Counted from the stretch's first letter, positions 49,932-59,155 are shown. The stretch is 64,000 bases of DNA from Vulcanimicrobiota bacterium (GCA_019637395.1 JAHBVR010000012.1:129842-193841), one strand, 5' to 3'. Translations and numbers: made by a program. The notes: generated from the sequence alone by a model not told the origin.

Positions 49932-50195
49932 TCAATGAGGCCGATCAGGTTGTCGTTCAACTCTGCCACCTCCGAGGCCGGAATCCACCACCCGGTGGCG
50001 CTCCCCGCCGACCGTCCGCACCGGATAACGATCCATAAATGACTTCTTCACGCGAGCATAGTCCTCGTTGGTAACGGGATAGAAAAAAGGCTGGCCGAGC
50101 AGGCGTGGAGGCCAGCGCCGATAGCCTGATTGGCGAACCAGTTCAAGCTCAGCCGGACCGATCGGACGAAAACACTCTTGCCGCATAACGCGCAT
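49932..50195 (-). CDS. small hypothetical protein
   Basis: 87-aa ORF (…PIGPAELELVRQSGYRRWPPRLLGQPFFYPVTNEDYA…); C-terminal 25 aa low complexity. Confidence 0.4.
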   Translation of the reverse strand: MRVMRQECFRPIGPAELELVRQSGYRRWPPRLLGQPFFYPVTNEDYARVKKSFMDRYPVRTVGGERHRVVDSGLGGGRVERQPDRPH

Positions 50196-50229
50196 TATAG
50201 CACCTCGCTTGGTGCCTGCAGCCCGATGG

Positions 50230-50281
50230 TAACAAAAGAAATAAGTTCGGCATAAGATCGCAAACCTCTGTTTCGATCCGG
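50230..50281 (+). repeat. copy A of a ~55-nt conserved intergenic motif
   Basis: TAACAAAAGAAATAAGTTCGGCATAAGATCGCAAACCTCTGTTTCGATCCGG, ~80 % identical to 54261-54317, same orientation. Confidence 0.5.
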
Positions 50282-50314
50282 AATGCCTATGCTTGGTTCA
50301 TACCAAGGAGGTGG

Positions 50315-50747
50315 ATGATGAAACTTACCCCGCTAGCCAGACAAATCCAGCATTTCGAAAGCCGTCGCGAACTCGAGGGCGCGGAGAAGAAAGAGCTCAC
50401 CAATCCCGAGGATATCCGTAACTGGGTGGACGAATCCTTCGAGAGAACGTGTGCCGAGGACCAGGGCCCCAAGGACTTCGATCCCTTGCCGGGCCGAGTT
50501 TTCAAGACCGGCAAAGGCAGAACTCTAGAAGCCGCCTTCGAGTTGACCGGCCAGCAACGTCATCTGCAGCGCTCGGAGGCGAAATTTCCAGGAGCGCCGC
50601 CTCCTGAAGATACATCAGACGCCGGTGGCGATAGAAGCCTTCTGGTCCTGGTCGCATCCCGACTATCCCCAACTGTTGGAGTGCTTCCGCGTCGATCTGC
50701 AAGACCCCAAAGGTCACTTCTACCAGCGTCTCGAGCTGGGGGTGTAG
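50315..50747 (+). pseudogene. hypothetical gene interrupted by an apparent +1 frameshift
   Basis: Frame 1 (MMKLTPLARQIQHFESRR...) degenerates into Pro/Arg/Ser-rich low complexity after ~50590, while the +1 frame continues protein-like (…FQERRLLKIHQTPVAIEAFWSWSHPDYPQLLECFRVDLQDPKGHFYQRLELGV*) to 50747. Confidence 0.45.
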
Positions 50748-50826
50748 TTCGTAGCCGGCGTCGGAGTCCAACCGCTGGCAGCGGATCTCTGGAGGGGCCC
50801 GGCCTTGCGGCGGGAAGCCCGGAGCC

Positions 50827-51615
50827 ATGACCATCACCCAGAAACGCAAAGAATTTCGGCGTCTTCACGAGTCGGGATGCTTCACTATTCCCAATGCCTG
50901 GGATATTGGTTCAGCACGCTATTTAGAGCATGTTGGATTCAAGGCGCTGGCCACCACCAGCGCCGGCTTCGCCTTCACACGCGGGCGCCTGGACGGGAAG
51001 ATGACGGTGCGGGAAGTAATTACCCATGTTACCGAGCTGGCGGAAGCCAGCCGTCTCCCCCTCAACGTCGACTTCGAAAGCGGCTTCGCGGCCGGCGGCC
51101 AGGAGTTGGCCGACAATCTGCGCCGTTGCGCCGAAGCGGGCGCAGCGGGAATTTCCATCGAGGACAATGCGGGGGAAGATCTCTATGATTTCGAGTCGGC
51201 CGTCGAGCGGATCCGTGTGTCGGTTCGTGCTCTGGAAGGCACGGGCGTAATGCTGGTGGCCCGCAGCGAGGGAATGCTCACCGGCTGGGCCGGTCTGGAC
51301 GAGACGGTGCGGCGGCTGCAGGCCTTCGCCGCGGCTGGCGCCGACTGCCTGTATGCTCCCGGCCTGCGTAGCGAGGAAGAAGTGCGCGCGGTGGTGGCCG
51401 CCTGCGCGCCCAAACCGGTCAACGTGCTGGTCTGGTCTCCCGGATTTACGGTGTCCCAGTTGGCCGCTCTGGAGGTGCGCCGCGTCAGCCTGGGAGCGGC
51501 TCTGGCCAAGGTGGGCTGGGCAGCCGTGATGAACTCGGCTCGCGAAATTTTTGACACTGGCCGATTCGAATCTTTTGGCCAACCCGTAGAGGACATGAGG
51601 AAGTTTCTATGCTGA
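50827..51615 (+). CDS. isocitrate lyase/PEP mutase family protein (methylisocitrate lyase-like)
   Basis: TIM-barrel ICL/PEPM motifs (IPNAWDIGSAR, GISIEDN, KxxxxxAR region). Confidence 0.8.
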   Translation: MTITQKRKEFRRLHESGCFTIPNAWDIGSARYLEHVGFKALATTSAGFAFTRGRLDGKMTVREVITHVTELAEASRLPLNVDFESGFAAGGQELADNLRRCAEAGAAGISIEDNAGEDLYDFESAVERIRVSVRALEGTGVMLVARSEGMLTGWAGLDETVRRLQAFAAAGADCLYAPGLRSEEEVRAVVAACAPKPVNVLVWSPGFTVSQLAALEVRRVSLGAALAKVGWAAVMNSAREIFDTGRFESFGQPVEDMRKFLC

Positions 51616-52424
51616 AGGCCGCACTGGTCTACGATTTCGACGGCACCCTGGCGCGCGGAAACATGCAGGAACATAGCTTCATTCCGGCTCTGCGCCGGGA
51701 GGTTCCGGATTTTTGGGCGCACACCAAGCGCTTCGCCGAAGAACACGACGCCGATGAAGTGCTCACCTACATGCGCTTGATGCTGCAGGAGGCGGAAGCG
51801 CTGGACCAGCCGATTACCCGCGAGTTACTCCAACAACACGGGGCCCGGGTGCCGCTTTTCGAGGGTGTGAGCGATTGGTTCGGGCACATCAATCAATTTG
51901 CGACCCAATTAGGCTTGAGCCTGGACCACTATGTCATCAGCTCCGGCCTGCACGAAATGATCGAAGGATGCGCTATTTTCCGAGAATTCAAGCAGGTTTA
52001 TGCTTCGCGCTATTTATATAACGAAAAGGGTCACGCCAATTGGCCGGCAGTGGCCATCAATTACACCACTAAAACCCAATTTCTCTTTCGCATCAATAAA
52101 GGCATCGAATCAACCTGGGATAACCGCCGCATCAATGAATGGGTTAATCCCGAAATTCGCCCCCTGCCCTTCCAGCATATGATTTTCATCGGCGACGGCG
52201 AAACCGACGTGCCGGCCATGAAAATGGTGCGCCACCAGGGCGGCTATGCGGTGGCCGTCTTCGACCCCGAGAAATTTGCCAAGAACCAGACCACCATCCA
52301 CAAGCTCATTTCAGCCGACCGCTGCAATTACGTGGCTCCGGCTGACTACCGCAAGGCCAGCCAGTTGGATGTGACCATCTGCGGCATCCTGCAGCGCATC
52401 GCCGAGCGCCGAACTACTCCTTGA
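51609..52424 (+). CDS. HAD-like hydrolase
   Basis: VYDFDGTL motif I, FIGDGETD motif IV-like. Confidence 0.7.
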   Translation: MLKAALVYDFDGTLARGNMQEHSFIPALRREVPDFWAHTKRFAEEHDADEVLTYMRLMLQEAEALDQPITRELLQQHGARVPLFEGVSDWFGHINQFATQLGLSLDHYVISSGLHEMIEGCAIFREFKQVYASRYLYNEKGHANWPAVAINYTTKTQFLFRINKGIESTWDNRRINEWVNPEIRPLPFQHMIFIGDGETDVPAMKMVRHQGGYAVAVFDPEKFAKNQTTIHKLISADRCNYVAPADYRKASQLDVTICGILQRIAERRTTP

Positions 52425-53004
52425 GCACCATGTCGATGCACAGTACCGCCCCCAGGATGAGCACGCGAATAGGGTTGTCCGGCGTGACCTCCTCGGAGAT
52501 GGTAACGGCGTAGGTGTCGGCGGTGGTGAACAGCTCTTTGGCCATACCCGCCCACTTCTGCTTCACTTCGGCGTAGACTTTGCCGTCTTTTTCAAATTTG
52601 AACTCGCGGCCACGCCAGGAACCTTTCAAATTACACAGCACCTCATCGTGGGGGCCGAGCACTCCGAAAGAGGCGGTGAGCGAGAAGAACTTCTGTTTGA
52701 AGCCGCCCATGCGGACACCGGCCTCGTTAAAGACATCCACTTTAGAGAGAAACAGGCTGACGCCGCGTTTGACGTTAAGGACCGGCTCGCCCCCCGGCGT
52801 GGTCACGTGAATGTCAAACGGGGTCATGCGCTTGTAGTCACTAAAGCGAAACATTTTGCTGAAGAAGCCCAGATTGGGTTCGCGACAGAGCATAATCGGC
52901 GTTTGTGGATCGTCAGGGTCGAAAATGTCGTAGTTACTGGCCGCCTTGAACAGACCCACATGTTCTTTGACAATAAAGACGTTACGACTGAGGATGTCGT
53001 GCAC
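52414..53004 (-). CDS. LURP-one-related / scramblase-like (tubby C-terminal-like) family protein
   Basis: 196 aa; pattern of short β-strands with FxxK/W repeats typical of LOR/scramblase β-barrel family (assignment tentative). Confidence 0.55.
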   Translation of the reverse strand: MHDILSRNVFIVKEHVGLFKAASNYDIFDPDDPQTPIMLCREPNLGFFSKMFRFSDYKRMTPFDIHVTTPGGEPVLNVKRGVSLFLSKVDVFNEAGVRMGGFKQKFFSLTASFGVLGPHDEVLCNLKGSWRGREFKFEKDGKVYAEVKQKWAGMAKELFTTADTYAVTISEEVTPDNPIRVLILGAVLCIDMVLKE

Positions 53005-53009
53005 AGCGA

Positions 53010-54200
53010 TCAGTTTTCCGCCCGAGGTCCCAGAGAGGACTTGTCGTCAGCCGCCTGGATCCCGGGTGAGCCACCCGCCAGGTAAGGACGATACCATGGC
53101 TGGGGGGAGAGATAGTCGACATTGCAGGAAGCCCTGACCTCATCGGCGGCAATGCGGCCCAGGCGAGCGCCCAGCAAGCCGCCGGCGATTCCGCCGACCG
53201 CCGCGCCCGCTCCCGGCAACAAAGTGCCGATAGCGTAGCCCAAACCTCCGCCTAACGCCGCGCCGCCCACTCGGCAGGCCGGACGCCAGAGGGCGTGCTG
53301 CGACATGGCGGCCAGTTTCTTTTGGCGAGGCGTGGCTTCGGTCTGCGAGCCGGGATAAAGAGTAAGATCGTTGTGAATGAACTGGCTGTTGCCCTCGGCC
53401 AGCAGGCCCTTGTCCTGGAGAGCGGCGCCGCACAGCATGGCGTTGGCGGAAGTCGGCTTCTGCAACAGGTAGGCGAACCATTCCGAGCGCTTGGGAATCT
53501 GTTGCTGGCGGGGAACCACGCTGTTGACCAGGTCGATCACATTACTGTAGCAAGAATTACGCGTGGTATGGTAGGGTGCGTCCGGCCTGGCCAACGAAAC
53601 GTCCAGCGAATTCTCGAGCAGCATTTTCTTTTGCTGGTCGTCGAGTTTGAGTTTGTACATCTGGATGCCCGTACCCAGGCGGCGGCAGGCGCGCTGGACA
53701 CCGTCGGTAAAGCTGCCGAGCTGGAAGACGACGGGGAAATCACCTTTGAAGCCGCGCATGGCGTCCCAGCGCTCGCCTTCGTGCATTTTCGCTTCCACGC
53801 TGAGGACAAGGCGATTGTCTTCGTCGCCGTTAGCGTTGCGCATCGGTCTTTTCTCGTCAAATTCGACAATGAGAAGAGCATGAGCCATGGGAATGCCGGC
53901 CATAAAGGGCGCGCGGGCCAGATACACGTCCTTGACCGCGTTGGTGTCGATGGTTGTGCGCGAGAAACGCGGAGTCCACTCCTTTTTGCTCTGGCTGACT
54001 TCTTCCAGTCCCCACCGCACCCCGTCGATTTCCACGCGCCCGTCGAGATGACGTTTGGCCAGACCGGCGTAACGCGTGGTCGGATCCCAACCTTTGATCT
54101 CCACCTGGTCGGCCGGGGCTTGTTTGTTCTGTTCGGCCGTTCTCGGCTCTTTGTTCTGTAGCGAGCGAACGGGGCTCGGCTGAATGTTGCTGATCCTCAT
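53010..54200 (-). CDS. DUF4105-like protein with C-terminal glycine-zipper membrane segment
   Basis: MAHALLIVEF and YHTTRNSCYSNVIDLV regions resemble DUF4105 (Lnb N-terminal domain); C-terminus GGAALGGGLGYAIGTLLPGAGAAVGGIAGGLLGARLG. Confidence 0.55.
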   Translation of the reverse strand: MRISNIQPSPVRSLQNKEPRTAEQNKQAPADQVEIKGWDPTTRYAGLAKRHLDGRVEIDGVRWGLEEVSQSKKEWTPRFSRTTIDTNAVKDVYLARAPFMAGIPMAHALLIVEFDEKRPMRNANGDEDNRLVLSVEAKMHEGERWDAMRGFKGDFPVVFQLGSFTDGVQRACRRLGTGIQMYKLKLDDQQKKMLLENSLDVSLARPDAPYHTTRNSCYSNVIDLVNSVVPRQQQIPKRSEWFAYLLQKPTSANAMLCGAALQDKGLLAEGNSQFIHNDLTLYPGSQTEATPRQKKLAAMSQHALWRPACRVGGAALGGGLGYAIGTLLPGAGAAVGGIAGGLLGARLGRIAADEVRASCNVDYLSPQPWYRPYLAGGSPGIQAADDKSSLGPRAEN

Positions 54201-54260
54201 GCTTGGGAAACTAAGGGGTCTCCCTCAAACATGTCTGAAAGGGCGCCGGACACCAGCAAG

Positions 54261-54317
54261 TTAACCAAACGAATAAGTTTCGCCTAAGATCGCCAACCTC
54301 ATGTTCGGTTCCACCCG
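54261..54317 (+). repeat. copy B of the ~55-nt conserved intergenic motif
   Basis: TAACCAAACGAATAAGTTTCGCCTAAGATCGCCAACCTCATGTTCGGTTCCACCCGG; see copy A. Confidence 0.5.
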
Positions 54318-54331
54318 GCTATCCTCGAAGA

Positions 54332-54598
54332 ATGAACACAGCTCAACGCCTTCTGGGGCTTGCCGCCCAACTGCACCACTCCCCCGGCCTGACCGTGGAC
54401 GACCTCGACGACTTAAAATTATTGGCCGCCTGTGGTCTGCCGCTACAGGCTCGGCGCGGCCGCTACCGCCTGGGGCTGGAAATCGCCGGCACTCCTCTGG
54501 ATCTGGAGGAAACGCTGGCGGCCACGCTGGCCTTGCTCATGACTTCTTGCGGCCCCGCTGTTGCAACAAAGCGAAATAACGGTATTGTCCCTTCTTGA
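54332..54598 (+). CDS. hypothetical small protein (doubtful)
   Basis: 88-aa ORF immediately after motif copy B; its 3' 62 nt overlap the convergent degP-like gene. Confidence 0.3.
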   Translation: MNTAQRLLGLAAQLHHSPGLTVDDLDDLKLLAACGLPLQARRGRYRLGLEIAGTPLDLEETLAATLALLMTSCGPAVATKRNNGIVPS

Positions 54599-55967
54599 AA
54601 CGCAACAACAGACTGGGCTTGGCGGGAGCGTCGGCCAATCGCTCCACTTGATCAAGGGTTTCGATGGGCCGGTCTTCCCATTCCAACAACAGGTCACCCT
54701 CTTCCACTCCGGCCTCGGAGGCCGGGCTCCCTTCCAGGACCTCCGTAACCACCACGCCGGATTTCTCGGTCAGGCGGAACTGCTGCTGACGAAAGCCGGT
54801 AATTTCAGCCACCCGAAAACCGTAGGGAGTCTCCACCTCGGCGCCCTCCAGGTGCGGCTGCAGTCCGACTTCCACCGGCACAGCCGTAATACCGGATCCG
54901 CGCCGCACCTTGATCTCCACCTTGCCGCCCGGCGTCAAGCGCGAAACCTGCAATGCAAAACGCTGGATTTCATCCTCCTCTTCAGCCTCCACGGCAGTTC
55001 CGTCCAGTTCGGTGATCACGTCCCCGATCTGCATCCCCGAACGGGCGGCCGGGGAGCCGGGGGCAAAATCCGAAATGAGCAGTCCGCGCACATTGGGCAT
55101 ACCCCGGTAAGCCGCCAGAGCGCGCGTAAAAGGCTGAGTGTAGAGACCCAGCCAGCCACGCTCGAGCTGGCCCTGCTGAACCTTGCCCTCCATCACTTCC
55201 CTGACCACCTTGGCGGGAATGGTAAATCCGATTCCTCGCCCGATACCGGAGGAATTGATTCCCACTACCTGCCCCTGCAGATCCACCAGCGGTCCGCCTG
55301 AACTGCCCGAGTCGATGTTAGCGTCGGTCTGCAAAAAGTCGTTGAGCGGAGTCATTCCCTGCTCGCTGCCGGGAATGTAGCGCCCCTTGCCGCTAATAAT
55401 CCCAAAAGATACGGTTCGGTCCAAACCATAGGGATTGCCAACAGCCAGCACCCACTGACCGACCTGAACTTTTTCCGAATCAGCCAGGCTGGCAAAAGGC
55501 AAAGGATGAGGCGCTTTAATCTGCAGAACGGCCAGGTCGGTCAGCTTATCCCGTTGCAGCACCACCGCGTCGTAGCGCGAGCGATCGTCGAGCACCACCT
55601 GGACCTGGTCGGCTTTGTCCACCACGTGATGATTGGTCACGATCTTCCCCTCAGCCGTGACCACCACCCCGGATCCGAGGGCCTTGACCCGTGTGCCGGC
55701 CCGGCGTGACCAGGATTCGATATGCACCACGGTGGGTTTGACCCGATCGCTGACGCTGGTAATGAGCCGCTGCGTCTGCAGCAAAAAGTCCGGAGTTTCG
55801 GCTGGTGGCCGGAGGCCGCCAGCCTCACCAGGATGTGCTAAAAACTGGCCCACAAACAGCACGCGGGAGTGGAGCTCGCTTGCGAGCGACCGACCGCAAG
55901 GTTGGGGCCCGTTTTTAGCCAGGGCGGACGCACTCAACAGTATCAAGGCAAACCAGATTTTCTTCAT
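54537..55967 (-). CDS. HtrA/DegP-family periplasmic serine protease with two PDZ domains
   Basis: Signal peptide MKKIWFALILLSASALA; catalytic H (TNHHVV), D, GNSGGPL; two PDZ regions. Confidence 0.9.
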   Translation of the reverse strand: MKKIWFALILLSASALAKNGPQPCGRSLASELHSRVLFVGQFLAHPGEAGGLRPPAETPDFLLQTQRLITSVSDRVKPTVVHIESWSRRAGTRVKALGSGVVVTAEGKIVTNHHVVDKADQVQVVLDDRSRYDAVVLQRDKLTDLAVLQIKAPHPLPFASLADSEKVQVGQWVLAVGNPYGLDRTVSFGIISGKGRYIPGSEQGMTPLNDFLQTDANIDSGSSGGPLVDLQGQVVGINSSGIGRGIGFTIPAKVVREVMEGKVQQGQLERGWLGLYTQPFTRALAAYRGMPNVRGLLISDFAPGSPAARSGMQIGDVITELDGTAVEAEEEDEIQRFALQVSRLTPGGKVEIKVRRGSGITAVPVEVGLQPHLEGAEVETPYGFRVAEITGFRQQQFRLTEKSGVVVTEVLEGSPASEAGVEEGDLLLEWEDRPIETLDQVERLADAPAKPSLLLRFKKGQYRYFALLQQRGRKKS

Positions 55968-56005
55968 GGCCAGGACTTCGCAGCCCCGATGCAAACCCTT
56001 CCCCG

Positions 56006-56674
56006 GTGAAGAGGCTGCTGCTGGCGTTGCTTTTGACCGGACTGGCCCAGGCGCGCCGCGAGCCGCATCTTTGGAAGTTTCCCCTGGCCCCGCGCGAGCA
56101 CTCGAACTGGTTTTTCGTGCCGCCCCCTTACGTGCCTCCTCCCCCGGAATGGTTCGATATCTTGCGCATAGGCAATCGCCCCTGCCGCATCGCGACCGAA
56201 CGCACCCCCTGGCGCATCAACGTGGGCGATACCCGCTACTGGCCGATTCTGGAGCGAGCCATGCAGACCTGGAACGTGGGCGTGCAGCCGCTGGGCATGA
56301 CCTACCTGTTCCTACCGGCCGACCCGGAACATCCGCCGGATTTGACGTTGAAGTGGTTTGACCCGCAGTTGCCGCGCGACAAGGCGGCGGCCACCTGGTG
56401 GTCGACCGGCCTGGACACGGCCCGGGTGCTGGGCATTTCGCTGGACGGCAGCTTCCGGGTCCCCGAAGGCAACATGGTGCAAATTTTGGCACACGAACTG
56501 GGCCACGTGCTCGGCCTGGGCGAGTCTCAGCAGCCCGGCGACCTGATGTACCACCGCACACCCACCCAACGCCTGAGCCCGGGAGATGTGCGTCTGAGCC
56601 AGCGGGACTTCGAAGCCCTGCGCTGGTTATACGCCCAGGAATACTTCACTCCCATCCGCAGCCCCCGCGACTGA
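56006..56674 (+). CDS. secreted matrixin-like zinc metalloprotease (metzincin)
   Basis: GTG start, signal peptide, HELGHVLGLGE (HExxHxxGxxH) motif. Confidence 0.75.
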   Translation: MKRLLLALLLTGLAQARREPHLWKFPLAPREHSNWFFVPPPYVPPPPEWFDILRIGNRPCRIATERTPWRINVGDTRYWPILERAMQTWNVGVQPLGMTYLFLPADPEHPPDLTLKWFDPQLPRDKAAATWWSTGLDTARVLGISLDGSFRVPEGNMVQILAHELGHVLGLGESQQPGDLMYHRTPTQRLSPGDVRLSQRDFEALRWLYAQEYFTPIRSPRD

Positions 56675-56724
56675 GAGAACTCACGTACACGAAAAGAAGG
56701 CCTGGCGGCCTTCTTTGGCCCGAC

Positions 56725-57030
56725 TTAAATTTCGGGCTGGTAATTTTCGATGGGAACTTCCGAGACAATCTGGGGGCCACAGCGGGGAACCGAGCGGTCC
56801 CGGGGCCCGTGACAACGAACGACGGTGCGCTTCACCGTTCCCACGCCTTTCTTCCAAACCACGACGTCTTCCGAGGATTGCCATCCGGAACAGGTGGGGC
56901 AGACTTTGCCTTTCGTGCGCAGATGATCCGATTCGCCCGGGATGCTTACGTCACCGGGGAACCAGGCGGTGGTGGGGTATACGCGGAGACTGGACGGGAT
57001 GCTGAGGGAATCGGTACGGACTTTAGACAT
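56725..57030 (-). CDS. small Cys-rich hypothetical protein
   Basis: Start at MSKVRTD with AGGAGG RBS 8 nt upstream; CPTCSG...CHGP...PRCGP cysteine pattern. Confidence 0.5.
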   Translation of the reverse strand: MSKVRTDSLSIPSSLRVYPTTAWFPGDVSIPGESDHLRTKGKVCPTCSGWQSSEDVVVWKKGVGTVKRTVVRCHGPRDRSVPRCGPQIVSEVPIENYQPEI

Positions 57031-57183
57031 TTTGTGACCTCCTGGGTGGCGGGCGTTTTTCGACCTATGAAGACCTAACCAGATCACCCCAAGGAAGTTC
57101 CCGATAATGCACAAAATTTTTCAAAAAAATTCCGGCCGGCCAGCAAAGGGGATTTTAGCGCGCCAGTGCTAACCTACCGACCC

Positions 57184-57918
57184 ATGTCCTACACACGAAG
57201 CGGCCGCGCGGCCGAAGAACTCCGCGTTCACAAGATTACTCCCGATTTTGCGCCGGCCGCCGAAGGCTCCGTGCTGATTGAAACAGGCAACACCCGGGTG
57301 CTCTGCACCATCACCGTGGAAGAAAAGGTTCCGAGCTGGCTGGCCGAACAAAACAAAGGCTGGATCACGGCCGAATACGGAATGCTCCCCCGCTCCACCC
57401 AGGTGCGCAGCAAGCGCGACTACCAACGCACCGCCGGGCGCACCCACGAAATTCAGCGCCTGATTGGGCGCAGTCTGCGGGCCGTGACCGACTTGAGCGC
57501 GCTGGGACAGCGTAAAATCATCGTCGACTGCGACGTCATCCAGGCCGACGCGGGCACGCGCACGGCGGCCGTCACCGGATCCTGGCTGGCCCTCGCCTAC
57601 GCCTGCGACAAGCTGTTGCGCTCCGGTAAAGTCGCCCGCTGGCCCCTGCGCGAGCAGGTGGCCGCCGTCTCGCTGGGGCTGCTCAATGATAAGGTGCTGC
57701 TGGATATGGATTACATCGAGGACGCCGCCGCCAGCGTCGACCTCAACCTGGTCATGACCAACAGCGGCCGGCTGATCGAAGTGCAGGGCACCGGCGAGGA
57801 AGCCACCTTCGAGCGCAAGGACCTGGACGCCATGCTCGATCTGGGCTGGCAGGGGCTGCAACCCCTCTTCGAGCTGCAGCGCCAATCGCTGGCCGAAAAA
57901 GGCATCAGTTGGTCCTGA
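57184..57918 (+). CDS. rph: ribonuclease PH
   Basis: RNase PH signature (…EGSVLIETGNTRVLCT…WITAEYGMLPRST…CDVIQADGGTRTA…). Confidence 0.9.
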   Translation: MSYTRSGRAAEELRVHKITPDFAPAAEGSVLIETGNTRVLCTITVEEKVPSWLAEQNKGWITAEYGMLPRSTQVRSKRDYQRTAGRTHEIQRLIGRSLRAVTDLSALGQRKIIVDCDVIQADAGTRTAAVTGSWLALAYACDKLLRSGKVARWPLREQVAAVSLGLLNDKVLLDMDYIEDAAASVDLNLVMTNSGRLIEVQGTGEEATFERKDLDAMLDLGWQGLQPLFELQRQSLAEKGISWS

Positions 57919-58574
57919 GAGTCCTGCTTCTGCTGCTTTTGAGCTCTGGGGCGTGGGCTCAAGGAAACCCGCAGATGGCTCAATTGCGCCAGTTGATTCA
58001 GAACGCGCTGCAGCAGGCCCCGCCTCTGGACCCCGATCGCCAACCGGTCATCGCGCGCCTGGAACTGCTGACCATTCAGGCCGACAATCTCTCGCGCGGC
58101 GCCGGCGACTGGAACGTCTTCTTTCGCTTCTATCAGGAAACACAGGCGGTGATTGCGCGTTCCGGGCCGCTGCCGGGCTCGCTGGGCGCCAACTGGACAC
58201 AAATTCAGCAAGCGGTCAGCGATATCGGACGCCAGCAGGGGCGTTCGCTGGGCATTGTCGGCCAGGCCTATGCGGCTACCGACTCGCTGCACCTCTCTCC
58301 CGAGCTGGTACAGCGAGCCATGGCGGCAGTGCAGGCCATCGAGTCCTCCCTGGGACCCGCGCCCGGCGGAGCCGAGGGTAAGCGCTTCCAGCAGGCCCGC
58401 GCCCAATTGGCGGCCTTGCGCACTCATCTGCAATCGGCGCTGAGTCATCCCAAAAGCCTGGGCCAGATCCTCCACGACCGGCGCCGCTTCCAGGTGATCC
58501 GCAGCGCCCTGCAATTACCCCCGGCCCGGTTTTCGGAACTGGATCAAGCGCTGGATCAACTTCCTGATCCATAA
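57909..58574 (+). CDS. hypothetical secreted protein
   Basis: Signal peptide MVLRVLLLLLLSSGAWAQG; helical Gln/Leu-rich 221 aa. Confidence 0.5.
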   Translation: MVLRVLLLLLLSSGAWAQGNPQMAQLRQLIQNALQQAPPLDPDRQPVIARLELLTIQADNLSRGAGDWNVFFRFYQETQAVIARSGPLPGSLGANWTQIQQAVSDIGRQQGRSLGIVGQAYAATDSLHLSPELVQRAMAAVQAIESSLGPAPGGAEGKRFQQARAQLAALRTHLQSALSHPKSLGQILHDRRRFQVIRSALQLPPARFSELDQALDQLPDP

Positions 58575-58580
58575 GACCGG

Positions 58581-59048
58581 TTAAAAAGCGTTATTGACCT
58601 GATTGCGCACGGTATCACCGGCGATGGAGAAGTTGTTCTGCACGCCGCCGACGATGTCTTGCACGGAAGCACCGAAGTTGCCGGTGAGGGCGTGGGTGGC
58701 GGCGTTGCCGACAGTGGAAAGGTTGTTGGCGGTCAGGCGGGCGGCACCGCGGATGGGCTCGCCCACGAACTTGGCGCCGCTGGTGAGCGTCTCGCCCAGG
58801 CCGCCGGCGGCGCCCTTGACGGCGCTCCATTCATCCTTGGGAATGCCGATTACGTTATCGACCTGCTTGTGAATGCCCTTGCCGAGATCATCGAGGGCCT
58901 TACCGGGTTGCAGGGTGAGCACATCGCCGGTCACTTTCAGTCCGGTTTCCAGACCGGTTCCGACCACCTTGGCCGCGCCTTTGAGGGGAGCCGTGGCAAA
59001 CTTACCTACGTTTTTGGCTACGTCAACAATTCCGCCTAAAATACCCAT
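58581..59048 (-). CDS. hypothetical Gly-rich protein
   Basis: Start at MGILGG (AAGGAGA RBS); 155 aa with repeated GxxxG/K-rich amphipathic segments. Confidence 0.5.
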   Translation of the reverse strand: MGILGGIVDVAKNVGKFATAPLKGAAKVVGTGLETGLKVTGDVLTLQPGKALDDLGKGIHKQVDNVIGIPKDEWSAVKGAAGGLGETLTSGAKFVGEPIRGAARLTANNLSTVGNAATHALTGNFGASVQDIVGGVQNNFSIAGDTVRNQVNNAF

Positions 59049-59155
59049 GGTGTGTGTCTCCTTATGGTGCGTCTGAAAAGATTCTGACACAGACGGGAGA
59101 GTGGGCGGAGTAATCCTAAAGCAGTTTGTGATAGGCCGTTACCAGATTGTTAACA

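Noticed and set aside
50230-50281. tRNA or tRNA fragment in the repeat motif (GTTCGATCC T-loop-like)
   Set aside because: No acceptor, D-arm or anticodon arm can be folded around it. Copy B diverges exactly in the T-loop-like part.
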